Source of the DNA: Afipia sp.
Lineage (GTDB): Bacteria > Pseudomonadota > Alphaproteobacteria > Rhizobiales > Xanthobacteraceae
Reading direction: 5' to 3'
Length of the DNA stretch: 64,000 nt
NCBI GenBank assembly: GCA_017474385.1
Contig: JAFVHU010000146.1
Coordinates: 10,844-74,843 of the forward strand
Shown here one piece after another: positions 16,985-27,800 of the stretch. How positions within the stretch are numbered: position 1 is the first letter of the stretch; each line of letters starts with the position of its first letter. The position numbers were made by a program, and so were the translations under genes. A model generated the notes under the pieces. The model ran no database searches. It was not told where the DNA came from and saw only the letters and a program-made list of their open reading frames with translations.

Positions 16985-18346
16985 ATGTCTGGCAGAACAA
17001 CCCTCACGATCGTACTTGCAGCGGGCGAGGGCACGCGCATGCGTTCCCGCCTGCCGAAGGTGCTGCATCCGATCGCGGGGCGGCCGTTGATCGCCCATGT
17101 GCTTGAGGCCGCGCCCAGCGGCAAGAACGATACGATTGCGGTCGTGGTCGGCCCAGATCATCAGGCGGTAGTCGATGAGATCAAGCGGTCGCGCCCCGAC
17201 GCCAAAACCTTCGTACAGCGGGAGCGTCTCGGTACTGCACATGCCGTGCTGGCGGCACGCGAAGCCATTGCCGATGGGGCGGACGATATTCTGGTCGCTT
17301 TCGGCGACACGCCGCTGATCGATGCTGCGACGTTTGAGCGATTGCGGACCGCGTTGAAAGACGGTGCGGCGCTGGCGGTGCTGGGTTTCCGCGCCGCCGA
17401 CCCCACCGGTTACGGGCGGTTGCTGGTGGAAGGCGGACAACTGGTTGCGATCCGCGAGCAGGCCGATGCCAGTGAGGCCGAGCGCGCCGTCACGCTGTGC
17501 AACGCAGGCGTCATGGCATTTGCGGGCAGTACTGCGCTGAAGATTCTTGACCGCATCGGCAATGGCAATAGCAAGGGCGAGTATTATCTGACGGATGCGG
17601 TGACGATCGTGCGGGAGCTTGGTCTGCGCGCCGCCGTGATCGAAACCGGTGAGGACGAAGTGCGCGGAATCAACACCAAGGCCCAGCTCGCCGAAGCGGA
17701 GCAGGTGATGCAGCAACGGCTGCGGCAGGCGGCGCTGGATGCCGGCGTCACCCTCATCGCGCCTGAAACAGTTTTCCTGTCAGCGGATACGACGTTCGGC
17801 AAGGACGTAACTATCGAGCCGTTCGTGGTGTTTGGTGCGGGCGTCTCGATCGACGATGGCGCGGTAATCCATTCGTTCTCAAACATCGTCGGCGCGCGTA
17901 TCGGCAAGAACGCATCCATCGGTCCTTATGCGCGGCTGCGGCCTGGCACGGTATTGGGCGAGGGCGTCCGTATTGGCAACTTCGTCGAGACCAAGGCCGC
18001 CGACCTCGAGGCTGGGGTCAAGGTCAATCACCTGACCTATATCGGCGACACCCATATCGGCGAGAACGCCAACATCGGCGCAGGCACCATTACCTGCAAC
18101 TACGATGGCTTCGACAAGCACCGTACCGAGATCGGCGCCGGGGCTTTTGTCGGCTCGAATTCGTCGCTTGTGGCGCCGGTCAAGATCGGCGCGGGTGCCT
18201 TTATCGGATCTGGCTCCGTCATCACCCGCGACGTGCCGGACGATTCGCTGGCCATTGAGCGCAGCGATCAGACCGTTCGCGAAGGCTGGGTAAAGCGCTT
18301 CCGCGACATGAAAATGCTCAATCGGAAGCCCAAAAGTCAGAAGTAA
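16985..18346 (+). CDS. glmU: Bifunctional UDP-GlcNAc pyrophosphorylase/acetyltransferase
   Basis: [16 protein letters not shown], hexapeptide repeats, NYDG. Confidence 0.97.
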   Translation: MSGRTTLTIVLAAGEGTRMRSRLPKVLHPIAGRPLIAHVLEAAPSGKNDTIAVVVGPDHQAVVDEIKRSRPDAKTFVQRERLGTAHAVLAAREAIADGADDILVAFGDTPLIDAATFERLRTALKDGAALAVLGFRAADPTGYGRLLVEGGQLVAIREQADASEAERAVTLCNAGVMAFAGSTALKILDRIGNGNSKGEYYLTDAVTIVRELGLRAAVIETGEDEVRGINTKAQLAEAEQVMQQRLRQAALDAGVTLIAPETVFLSADTTFGKDVTIEPFVVFGAGVSIDDGAVIHSFSNIVGARIGKNASIGPYARLRPGTVLGEGVRIGNFVETKAADLEAGVKVNHLTYIGDTHIGENANIGAGTITCNYDGFDKHRTEIGAGAFVGSNSSLVAPVKIGAGAFIGSGSVITRDVPDDSLAIERSDQTVREGWVKRFRDMKMLNRKPKSQK

Positions 18347-18478
18347 GGCACTACGTCCTACCTTACTGGTTTCGTTAACGGTTTACCCTGTCTCAATCCG
18401 CAACAATTGTTGAGGCGGGATTGTGTTATTCCTCGGTACATAAGGCCGCATCAGGGCGGGCTGGAGACATCGAACCGC

Positions 18479-20305
18479 ATGTGCGGAATTGTAGGAATTC
18501 TCGGACGGGGACCGGTCGCTGAGCAACTGGTCGACTCTCTCAAGCGGCTGGAATATCGCGGATACGACTCCGCAGGCGTCGCCACGCTGGAAGGCGTGCT
18601 GCTCGATCGCCGCCGCGCCAAGGGCAAGCTGAAAAATCTCGAAGCGGTTTTGAAGTCCTCGCCGCTGGCGGGGCATATAGGCATCGGACATACGCGCTGG
18701 GCCACGCACGGCAAGCCGACCGAGAACAACGCGCATCCACATGCGACCGACAATGTCGCCGTGGTTCACAACGGCATCATCGAAAATTTCCGGGACCTGC
18801 GCACGCAGCTCGAAGCGCAGGGCGCAAAGTTTTCCAGCGAGACCGATACCGAGGTCGTCGCACATCTCGTCAATTCGTATCTCGCCAAAGGCCTGTCGCC
18901 GGCTGACGCCGTGAAGGCGACGCTTCCGCAATTGCATGGTGCGTTCGCGCTGGCTTTCATCTTCAAGGGCGAAGAAAACCTGATGATCGGCGCGCGCAAG
19001 GGCTCGCCGCTCGCGGTTGGCTACGGCGACGGCGAGATGTATCTCGGCTCCGACGCCATTGCGCTCGGGCCGTTCACCGACACCATCAGCTATCTCGATG
19101 ACGGCGACTGGGTCGTTCTCTCCCGCGCCGATGCGACCGTGTACGACGACAAGAACGCCGTGGTCGAACGCGAGATCGTCAAGCACAACACTGCATCCGC
19201 CCTGGTGGATAAGGCGAACTACCGCCACTTCATGGCGAAGGAAATCCACGAGCAGCCCGAAGTCGTCGGCCACACGCTGGCGCACTATGTCGACATGGCC
19301 ACCGAGAAGGTGGCTATGCCGGTCAAGCTGCCGTTCGACTTCAAAGACATTCAGCGCGTGTCGATTACAGCCTGCGGCACCGCAAGCTATGCGGGCTTCG
19401 TTGCGAAGTACTGGTTTGAGCGCCTCGCGCGGCTGCCGGTCGAACTCGACGTCGCCTCGGAGTTTCGTTACCGCGAAGCGCCGCTGCGCAAGGGCGATCT
19501 TGCGATCTTCATTTCGCAATCCGGCGAAACCGCCGACACGCTGGCTGCGCTGCGCTACGCCAAGTCGCAGGGCCTTCACACCATCTCGATCGTCAACGTG
19601 CCGACGTCGACCATCGCGCGCGAAAGCGAGACCGCGCTGCCGACGCTGGCCGGACCTGAAATCGGTGTTGCCTCAACCAAGGCCTTTACGTGCCAGCTTG
19701 CCGCGCTTGCGTCGTTGGTGATCGCGGCGGGCAGGGCGCGCGGCGAACTCTCCGAGACCGATGAGACCAAGCTGGTTCATGCACTGATCGAAGTGCCGCG
19801 CCTGATGACGCAGGCGCTGGCGCTTGAACCGCAGATCGAAAAACTCGCCCGCGACATCGCCAAGAGCCAGGACGTGCTGTATCTCGGCCGCGGCACCAAC
19901 TATCCGCTCGCGCTGGAAGGCGCGCTCAAGCTCAAGGAAATTTCCTACATTCACGCCGAAGGCTACGCCGCCGGCGAACTCAAGCACGGCCCGATTGCGC
20001 TGATCGACGAGAAGATGCCCGTGGTCGTGATCGCGCCTTACGATCGCGTGTTCGAGAAGACGGTCTCGAACATGCAGGAGGTCGCGGCGCGGGGGGGCCG
20101 GATCATCCTCATGACCGACGCGAAGGGGGCCAAGGAAGCCACCGTCGACTCGCTGGTCACGATTATCCTGCCCGACATGCCGGCCACGGTAACGCCGATG
20201 GTGTACGCGGTCCCGGTGCAGTTGCTGGCCTATCATACGGCCGTGGTAATGGGCACCGACGTCGACCAGCCGCGGAACCTCGCCAAATCTGTGACGGTTG
20301 AGTAA
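18479..20305 (+). CDS. glmS: Glutamine-fructose-6-phosphate transaminase
   Basis: MCGIVG start, GHTRWATHG, C-terminal PRNLAKSVTVE. Confidence 0.98.
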   Translation: MCGIVGILGRGPVAEQLVDSLKRLEYRGYDSAGVATLEGVLLDRRRAKGKLKNLEAVLKSSPLAGHIGIGHTRWATHGKPTENNAHPHATDNVAVVHNGIIENFRDLRTQLEAQGAKFSSETDTEVVAHLVNSYLAKGLSPADAVKATLPQLHGAFALAFIFKGEENLMIGARKGSPLAVGYGDGEMYLGSDAIALGPFTDTISYLDDGDWVVLSRADATVYDDKNAVVEREIVKHNTASALVDKANYRHFMAKEIHEQPEVVGHTLAHYVDMATEKVAMPVKLPFDFKDIQRVSITACGTASYAGFVAKYWFERLARLPVELDVASEFRYREAPLRKGDLAIFISQSGETADTLAALRYAKSQGLHTISIVNVPTSTIARESETALPTLAGPEIGVASTKAFTCQLAALASLVIAAGRARGELSETDETKLVHALIEVPRLMTQALALEPQIEKLARDIAKSQDVLYLGRGTNYPLALEGALKLKEISYIHAEGYAAGELKHGPIALIDEKMPVVVIAPYDRVFEKTVSNMQEVAARGGRIILMTDAKGAKEATVDSLVTIILPDMPATVTPMVYAVPVQLLAYHTAVVMGTDVDQPRNLAKSVTVE

Positions 20306-20397
20306 GGCGCGGGCAGACAAACGGTCGCAGCGCGGGCCGTTCGCGCCCGGAAAAGTCTGATACAGTGGTGTCGCAATGATTTGCGATGGTGTTCCCC

Positions 20398-20446
20398 GCG
20401 CGTATTCCGCAAAAGTGGGCACCGGTTTTGCGATCAGAATACGCGC
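20398..20446. repeat. Palindromic intergenic (RIME/REP-like) unit
   Basis: GCGCGTATTC..CGCAAAA..TTTTGCG..GAATACGCGC nested inverted repeat. Confidence 0.7.
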
Positions 20447-20485
20447 CGTTTTAGCGTTTTCGCTTGAGGATGATTTGGCTCGCCG

Positions 20486-21256
20486 ATGAATGAGACCACG
20501 CCCAACATGATCCCGGGAGGTGTCCCGCCCGTGCCGCCGCCGGATGTGCCGCGCGGCGCGATGGCGCGGCTGCGCCGCTATTTCCTCACCGGCCTGATCA
20601 TCGCCGGTCCGATCGCGATTACGATCTATCTGATCTGGTGGTTCGTGACCTGGGTCGATGGGATCGTGCGGCCGTTCGTGCCCATCGCCTATCGTCCGGA
20701 GACCTATCTGCCGTTCGGCCTGCCGGGCTATGGACTGATCGTTGCATTCTTTGCGCTGACGATGCTGGGATTCTTCGCGGCAAACCTGATTGGACGAACG
20801 CTCGTTGATTTCGGTGAAAACCTGCTCGGCCGGATGCCGGTCGTGCGCGCGATTTATCGCGGCCTCAAGCAGGTGTTCGAGACGCTGTTCTCCGGCAACG
20901 GATCGAGTTTCCGCAAGGTCGGTCTGGTGGAGTTTCCGTCGCCGGGCATGTGGTCGATCGTGCTGATCTCCCAGCCGCCGAGCACGGAGATCGCAACGAA
21001 GCTTCCGCAGAACGACGAGTTCATCTCGGTGTTTCTGCCATGTGCGCCGAACCCGACGACCGGATTCTTCTTCTATGTTCCGAAGTCGAAGCTTATCGAA
21101 GTCGATATGAGCACCGACGCCGCCGCGACATTGATCATGTCGGCGGGTGTGGTGCAGCCGGGCAGCGACGTGCAGAAGAAGGTCAATGCGCTGGCCGAGA
21201 TGGCCAATGCCGCGCGCGTCGCGACCGCGTCGCAAACGCCTGCGAAGGTGGATTAG
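20486..21256 (+). CDS. DUF502 family membrane protein
   Basis: YFLTGL, RMPVVRAIY, VGLVEFP, PCAPNPTTG. Confidence 0.9.
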   Translation: MNETTPNMIPGGVPPVPPPDVPRGAMARLRRYFLTGLIIAGPIAITIYLIWWFVTWVDGIVRPFVPIAYRPETYLPFGLPGYGLIVAFFALTMLGFFAANLIGRTLVDFGENLLGRMPVVRAIYRGLKQVFETLFSGNGSSFRKVGLVEFPSPGMWSIVLISQPPSTEIATKLPQNDEFISVFLPCAPNPTTGFFFYVPKSKLIEVDMSTDAAATLIMSAGVVQPGSDVQKKVNALAEMANAARVATASQTPAKVD

Positions 21257-21381
21257 GTATGTCTAACGGACTGGCATAAATGTTGGTGGCAGTTCGGGCC
21301 GGTGCTAAGTGGGTTTCCTTGAGGTTTAGAGCATTCTTTCTAGCTCTCTACAGAACCGTTCGAGCATCGGCCGAACGAGTG

Positions 21382-21780
21382 ATGTCAGAGGACAAGAATT
21401 TTCAGCGAATTGAACTCACGGACTCGGATTACGATCTTTGTCTCAATTTTCCTCGTCCAAGATTTCAGTTGAATAGCAGACTGGGAGAGGTGACAACGGT
21501 TGACCTTTCTCTCGAAGAAGCACGTGCTCTTTTCGGTTTCATTGCCTATGCCTGCGAAAAACAAAACATTTTTAGAGCTAAAATCGGCCATATGTCGGTA
21601 AGGATAAATGCCCAACCGAATCCCAAACACCCAGACAGGCTTAGAGTAAGATTTGGCCAGCCCCTCGGTTTGTGGACTGATTTGAGTCGCCAGCGAGTGA
21701 TGGCTGCGCACGAGGAGTTTTCTACCATCTTTGGTGAGACATCGACGAGGCTTGACGATGGAAATTTCGACGACTCGTAG
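21382..21780 (+). CDS. Hypothetical low-GC protein
   Basis: Open frame in a visibly AT-richer island; start uncertain (21280 also possible). Confidence 0.6.
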   Translation: MSEDKNFQRIELTDSDYDLCLNFPRPRFQLNSRLGEVTTVDLSLEEARALFGFIAYACEKQNIFRAKIGHMSVRINAQPNPKHPDRLRVRFGQPLGLWTDLSRQRVMAAHEEFSTIFGETSTRLDDGNFDDS

Positions 21781-21878
21781 CTTCGTGGCGAAGGCATCCG
21801 AGACGCCTGACCTGGCAAGATGGACTGGCTTCGCGTCATTCGGGCAGCAAGCAACAAGTAACAGGCAGATCGATACCC

Positions 21879-22181
21879 ATGCGCGCCATTACAACGCGAT
21901 CGCTTGTCTGGACGGTCGTTCTGATCAGCGTTGTTGTGACGGCCGTGACCGAACTCCGGATCGCAGGACATGGCAGCGTGTCGCTGTCGGCCATCGCGGC
22001 TTACGCGGCGTTTTTCGTGAACATTGCATGTTCGGGTCTGGGATTCCGCACCCCGGAGTGGCGGTGGTGGGTCGCGAATTTCGCATTGAGCATACTGACC
22101 ATGACCATGATCGGTGCTCCCACGATTCCAAGCGCACTGTGGACGGCGGGGCGCGTCTTTGTCGCCAGGCATTTGGCGTAA
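21879..22181 (+). CDS. Hypothetical membrane protein
   Basis: 100 aa with about three hydrophobic segments. Confidence 0.55.
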   Translation: MRAITTRSLVWTVVLISVVVTAVTELRIAGHGSVSLSAIAAYAAFFVNIACSGLGFRTPEWRWWVANFALSILTMTMIGAPTIPSALWTAGRVFVARHLA

Positions 22182-24290
22182 TCAGCCCGCCCCGATCAGC
22201 GGCAACGCCTCGTCGCGTTCATACAGATAGAGCAGGCAGCGCAGCGCTTCGCCGCGCTCGCCCTTGAGCTTCGGGTTGTCCTGCATGATGCGCACGGCTT
22301 CGTCGCGGGCCTGCGCGATCAGTTGCGCATGGACCTCGGGCCGGGCGATGCGATAGCCGGGCAGGCCGCTCTGGCGGGTGCCGAGCACTTCGCCTTCGCC
22401 GCGCAGGCGCAAGTCTTCCTCCGCGATGCGGAAGCCATCCGTGGTTTCGCGGATGACTTTCAGTCGTGCGGTCGACATTTCGGTGAGCGGCTCGCTATAG
22501 AGCAGCAGACAGGTGGAGGCTTCGGAACCGCGGCCGATGCGCCCGCGCAACTGATGCAACTGTGCCAGACCGAAGCGTTCGGCGTTCTCGATCACCATGA
22601 TGGTGGCGGCGGGGACATCGACGCCGACTTCAACCACGGTCGTCGCCACCAGAAGCTGAATTTCGCCGGCAGCGAACTGCGCCATGACGCGATCTTTCTC
22701 CGTGCCCTTCATCTGGCCGTGGACGAGGCCGACACGATCACCGAACCGCTTTTGCAGGATTTCGAACCGTTTCGTTGCGTTGGTCAGGTGCTCGATGCCC
22801 TCGGCCTCTGACTCCTCGACCAGCGGGCAGATCCAGTAGACCAGCTTGCCGCCGTCGATGGCGCGGCCGATGCCGTCGACAATCTCTCCGATGCGGCTGT
22901 TGGGCACAGCGCGGGTGTCGATCGGCTGGCGGCCTGCGGGCTTCTCGCGCAATTCAGAGATGTCCATGTCGCCGAAGTAAGTGAGAACCAGCGTCCGCGG
23001 GATCGGCGTGGCGCTCAGCACCAGCACATCGACCGCGTCACCTTTCTCGGTCAGCGCCAGGCGCTCACGCACGCCGAAGCGGTGTTGTTCATCGACGACG
23101 GCGAGCGCCAGCGCCTTGAAGATCACGTCGTCCTGGATCAGCGCATGGGTGCCGACCAGCAGATCGATTTCGCCGTCCGCGAGTCCTGCAATGATTTCGC
23201 GCCGCTCCTTGCCTTTCTCCCGGCCGGTGAGAATGGCGACGCGCATTCCGGCGCGCTCCGCCAATGGCGCGATGGTCTTGATGTGCTGGCGCGCGAGAAT
23301 TTCGGTCGGCGCCATCAGCGCCGCCTGCTTGCCGGTCTCGGCGACGGCGGCAGCGGCGAGCAGCGCCACAACAGTTTTGCCTGAGCCGACGTCGCCTTGC
23401 AGCAGGCGCAGCATGCGGATCGGCTGGTTGAGGTCGCTGGCAATGGCCTTTGCCGCCTCCTGCTGCGAATTGGTCAGCGCATAGGGCAGGGCATCGATGA
23501 TCTTGTGCCGCAGATTCCCGTCGCCGGCGTTGCGCACACCGGCAGGACGGCGAAGCTGCGCGCGCACCAGCGCCAGCGCCAGTTGTCCCGCGAGCAACTC
23601 ATCGAAAGCGAGCCGTGACCAGAACTGATTTTGCGGCAGGATGTCGGTGAGTTCGGCCGGTTCATGGACATGGTGCAGCGAGACACTCAGCGGCGGAAAC
23701 TTGCAGCGCCGCAGCACCTCGGGGCTGATCCATTCCGGCAGCTCAGGCAGCTTTTGCAGCGCCTGCGCCATGGCGCGGCGAATCGAGCCGATGGCGAGGC
23801 CTTCGGTCAGCGGATACACCGTGTCGATCTGCGGCAGCTTGGCCAGACCTTCCTCGTCGACCACGCGGTCGGGATGCACGATCTGCAGCGTGCCGTCGAA
23901 CATCTGTGCGGTGCCGGAGACGAAGCGCTTCTCGCCCTTCGGCAGCAGCTTTTCGATATACTCGGGTTTGGCGCGAAAGTAGGTCAGCACCACATCGCCG
24001 GTCTCGTCGCTGGCGTAGACCAGATGCGGCGCGCGCGAGCGGCCGGGAGGCGCCGGCCGGTGACGGTCGATGGTGACTTCCAGCGTCACCACGGTCCCCG
24101 GAACAGCCTCGGCGATCGTCGGCCGCGTGCGGCGGTCGATCACATTTGTCGGCAGATGCAGCAGCAGATCCACCAGCCGCGGCGTCTCGCTGCGGTCAAG
24201 CAGATAGCGAAACAGCTTGTCCTGCTTCGGCCCCACGCCTGTGAGGCTCGTGACGGGTGCGAACAGGGGATTGAGCAGGGACGGGCGCAT
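22182..24290 (-). CDS. recG: ATP-dependent DNA helicase RecG
   Basis: QGDVGSGKT, DEQHRFG, SATPIPRT, QLHQLRGRIGRG. Confidence 0.97.
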   Translation of the reverse strand: MRPSLLNPLFAPVTSLTGVGPKQDKLFRYLLDRSETPRLVDLLLHLPTNVIDRRTRPTIAEAVPGTVVTLEVTIDRHRPAPPGRSRAPHLVYASDETGDVVLTYFRAKPEYIEKLLPKGEKRFVSGTAQMFDGTLQIVHPDRVVDEEGLAKLPQIDTVYPLTEGLAIGSIRRAMAQALQKLPELPEWISPEVLRRCKFPPLSVSLHHVHEPAELTDILPQNQFWSRLAFDELLAGQLALALVRAQLRRPAGVRNAGDGNLRHKIIDALPYALTNSQQEAAKAIASDLNQPIRMLRLLQGDVGSGKTVVALLAAAAVAETGKQAALMAPTEILARQHIKTIAPLAERAGMRVAILTGREKGKERREIIAGLADGEIDLLVGTHALIQDDVIFKALALAVVDEQHRFGVRERLALTEKGDAVDVLVLSATPIPRTLVLTYFGDMDISELREKPAGRQPIDTRAVPNSRIGEIVDGIGRAIDGGKLVYWICPLVEESEAEGIEHLTNATKRFEILQKRFGDRVGLVHGQMKGTEKDRVMAQFAAGEIQLLVATTVVEVGVDVPAATIMVIENAERFGLAQLHQLRGRIGRGSEASTCLLLYSEPLTEMSTARLKVIRETTDGFRIAEEDLRLRGEGEVLGTRQSGLPGYRIARPEVHAQLIAQARDEAVRIMQDNPKLKGERGEALRCLLYLYERDEALPLIGAG

Positions 24291-24331
24291 CGCTGACCTA
24301 AGGTGATCGGTTCGGCCGAATCGCCACCCTT

Positions 24332-24422
24332 CGTCATTGCGAGCGAAGCGAAGCAATCCAGACTCCTTTGTATTATACATAAAGAACTGGATTGCTTCGT
24401 CGCTTCGCTCCTCGCAATGACG
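24332..24422. repeat. REP-like paired palindromic element
   Basis: CGTCATTGCGAGCGAAGCGAAGCAATCCAG ... CTGGATTGCTTCGTCGCTTCGCTCCTCGCAATGACG. Confidence 0.85.
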
Positions 24423-24551
24423 GCAGAGCGCGCGCCATGACGTGCAGGCACGGCATGCGTGCACAGGAAGTTACTGACAGCCCCATTTCCGGCAGCTATA
24501 TCAGCCTCCCCGGCACCGTCCGGGCTTTTTGCGTTGGAGAAGGTGACGGAC

Positions 24552-24842
24552 ATGACGGGAACGACACGATCGAGCGATGGCCTCGACGACCGGCGCAAGC
24601 GGCTGCTGTTTCGCTGCTGGCATCGCGGTACGCGCGAAATGGACATGATCCTCGGAAGCTTCGCCGACGCCGGGATTGCCGATCTGAGCGACGGGGACGT
24701 TGCCGATCTCGAACGTCTGATCGAGTTGCCCGATCCCGATCTGTATGCAGCATTCAGCGGCGGTAAGCCGCTCCCGCCGGATTATGCCAACGGCATCTTC
24801 GTGCGCATCAAGCAATTCCTCGACGCAGGCCAGCGCACATGA
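24552..24842 (+). CDS. sdhE: Succinate dehydrogenase flavinylation factor
   Basis: RKRLLFRCWHRGTREMD (RGxxE motif). Confidence 0.93.
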   Translation: MTGTTRSSDGLDDRRKRLLFRCWHRGTREMDMILGSFADAGIADLSDGDVADLERLIELPDPDLYAAFSGGKPLPPDYANGIFVRIKQFLDAGQRT

Positions 24843-27800
24843 AGTCGCCGACGCGGTCGCCCGCGCAACTGCTCCGCGCCGGCCATGCGCTGACGCTGTC
24901 GAACGTCGCCGAGGGCGCAGAGGCGCTGGTCGTATCGGACATGGCGCGCGCGGTCGCGGCAAAGCCGAATCCGCCTGCGATCAGTCTTGCCGTGGTCTGC
25001 CGCGACGGCCCGCGCATGGCGCAGTTGGCGCGCGCGCTGGAATTCTTTGCGCCCGACCTGCCGGTGATGCAGTTTCCGGCATGGGACTGCCAGCCTTATG
25101 ACCGCGTCTCGCCGCATGGCGGTATTCTGGCGCAGCGCCTGACGACACTGGCACGGCTGTCGCGCCTTCAGGGCAGCGAGAAGCCGCTGATCGTACTGAC
25201 AACGGTGAATGCCATCGTCCAGCGCGTCCCCGCACGCGATGTGGTGGCGGCGCAGGCGCTGTCTGTTGCGCCGGGACATCGCGTTCCGATGAACAACATC
25301 GCGGCGTGGCTCGAGCACAACGGCTACAACCGTGTCTCGACCGTGCGCGAGCCGGGTGAATATGCCGTTCGCGGCGGCATCCTCGATCTGTTTCCGGCGG
25401 GGCTCGACCAGCCGGTACGGTTCGATTTCTTCGGCGACACGCTGGAATCGATCCGCACCTTCGATGCGGAATCCCAGCGCACGCTGCTCGACATGCGCGG
25501 GCTTGATCTGGTGCCGGTGTCGGAATTCCAGCTGGTGACGGAAACGATCAAGCGTTTTCGCATGGGCTATGTGGCGCAGTTTGGTGCGCCGGATCGTGAT
25601 GACATGCTTTATGAAGCCGTCAGCGAGGGCCGCAAGCATCCCGGCATGGAGCACTGGCTGCCGCTGTTCCAGGAGCGGATGGACACGCTGTTCGATTATC
25701 TCGGCGCAGCGCCCATCGTGATGGAGCCGCTGGCCGAAGATGCCGCGCGCGAACGTTTCACCCAGATCAACGACTATTACGAGGCACGGCGCGAGGCGAT
25801 GGATACTCCGGGCGGCGGGGCGATCTACAAGCCGCTGCCGCCGGATCGGCTCTATCTCGGCGAGGCGGAGTGGACTTCACTGCTCGGCGACAGTTCGCTG
25901 GCGCGGTTGACCCCGTTCGCCCTGCCAGAAGGCGAGGGCATTATCGATGTCGACGCGCGGCAGGGGCGCGACTTCGCGCCGGAGCGCGGTGACACCAAGG
26001 TCAACGTGTTCGAAAGCGTGGTCGCGCATATCAACGGCTTACAGGCCGCTCGCAAGAAAGTCGTCGTCGCGCTGTGGTCCGAGGGCTCGCGCGACCGCAT
26101 GGCGAGCATGCTCAAGGATCACAAGCTGCTCAACACCACCAGCGTCAACACCTGGCGCGCGGTGCAGGCGACGCCGCGCAACGAGACCATGCTGGCGGTG
26201 ATCGGCCTCGAATCCGGTTTCGAGACCGAGACCGTCGCACTCATCACCGAGCAGGATATTCTTGGCGATCGCCTGGTGCGTCCGCGCAAGGCCAGCCGCA
26301 AGCTCGATAACTTCATTTCGGAAGTGACGTCGCTGGCGACCGGCGACATCGTTGTCCACGTTGAGCACGGCATCGGACGTTTCGTCGGCTTGCAGACGTT
26401 GCAGGTGGGCGGCGCGCCGCACGACTGCCTCGAACTGCACTACGCCAACGAGACCAAGCTGTTTCTCCCGGTCGAGAACATCGAACTGCTGTCGCGCTAC
26501 GGCTCCGACCAGACCAACGTCGAACTGGACAAACTCGGCGGCGGCGGATGGCAGGCGCGGAAGGCCAAGCTCAAGAACCGTATCCGCGAGATCGCGGGCG
26601 AGTTGATCAAGATCGCCGCCGAGCGTCATGTCCATGAGGCGCCGAAATTTCCGGTCCATCAGGGCACCTACGACGAATTCTGCGCACGGTTTCCGTATGA
26701 GGAGACCGAGGACCAGCTCGGCGCGATTAATTCCGCGCTGCACGACCTCGACCTCGGGCGTCCGATGGACCGCCTGATCTGCGGCGATGTCGGTTTCGGC
26801 AAAACGGAAGTCGCGCTGCGCGCGGCGTTCGCCGTGGTGCTGGACGGCAAGCAGGTCGCCGTCGTGGTGCCGACCACGTTGCTCGCGCGTCAACATACGA
26901 AAACTTTTACCGAACGCTTCAAGGGTTTCCCCGTGAACGTGGCGCAGGCCTCGCGACTTGTTGCGCCGAAGCAGATGACACAGGTCAAGAAGGATCTCAC
27001 CGACGGCAAGATCGACATTATCGTCGGCACCCACGCGCTGCTGGGCAAGAGCATCAAGTTCAAGGACCTTGGCCTCTTGATCGTGGACGAGGAACAGCAC
27101 TTCGGCGTCTCCCACAAGGAACGGCTGAAGCAGTTGCGCGCCGAAGTTCACGTGTTGACGCTCTCCGCGACCCCGATTCCGCGCACGCTGCAACTCGCGC
27201 TGACCGGCGTGCGCGAGCTGTCGATCATTGCGTCGCCGCCGGTCGATCGTCTCGCGGTGCGCACCTTCGTCGCGCCGCATGATCCGTTGATGATCCGCGA
27301 GGCACTGCTGCGCGAGCGGTATCGCGGCGGTCAGGCGTTTTATGTCGTCCCGCGCATCGAGTATCTCGCGGAGGTGAAGGACTTCCTCGACAAGCATGTG
27401 CCGGAAATGAAGGTTGCGGTCGCGCACGGCCAGATGCCGCCGACGGTGATCGAGGACATCATGTCCGCGTTCTACGACGGCAAGTACGACGTGCTGCTCT
27501 CGACCACGATCGTCGAGTCCGGCCTCGACATTCCATCCGCGAATACTCTTATTGTTCATCGCGCCGACATGTTCGGTCTTGCCCAGCTTTATCAGTTGCG
27601 CGGCCGCGTCGGCCGCTCCAAGCTGCGCGCCTATGCGCTGTTCACGCTGCCGTCCACGCACAAGATCACCGCGCAGGCAGAACGCCGCCTCAAGGTGCTT
27701 CAGTCGCTGGACAACCTCGGTGCAGGCTTCCAGTTGGCGTCACACGATCTCGACATTCGCGGCGCGGGCAATCTGCTCGGCGAAGAACAGTCTGGCCACA

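Noticed and set aside
18347-18478. glmS ribozyme
   Set aside because: Short gap with no recognisable ribozyme core; the element is not expected in Alphaproteobacteria
20306-20485. Tn7 insertion at attTn7 downstream of glmS
   Set aside because: No transposon ends or tns genes; only a short palindromic repeat precedes DUF502
26039-27661. Long antisense ORFs (also 19673-21235, 44889-46289, 48238-49887, 53179-54522)
   Set aside because: Shadow frames of GC-rich genes with no motifs, lying opposite well-supported CDSs
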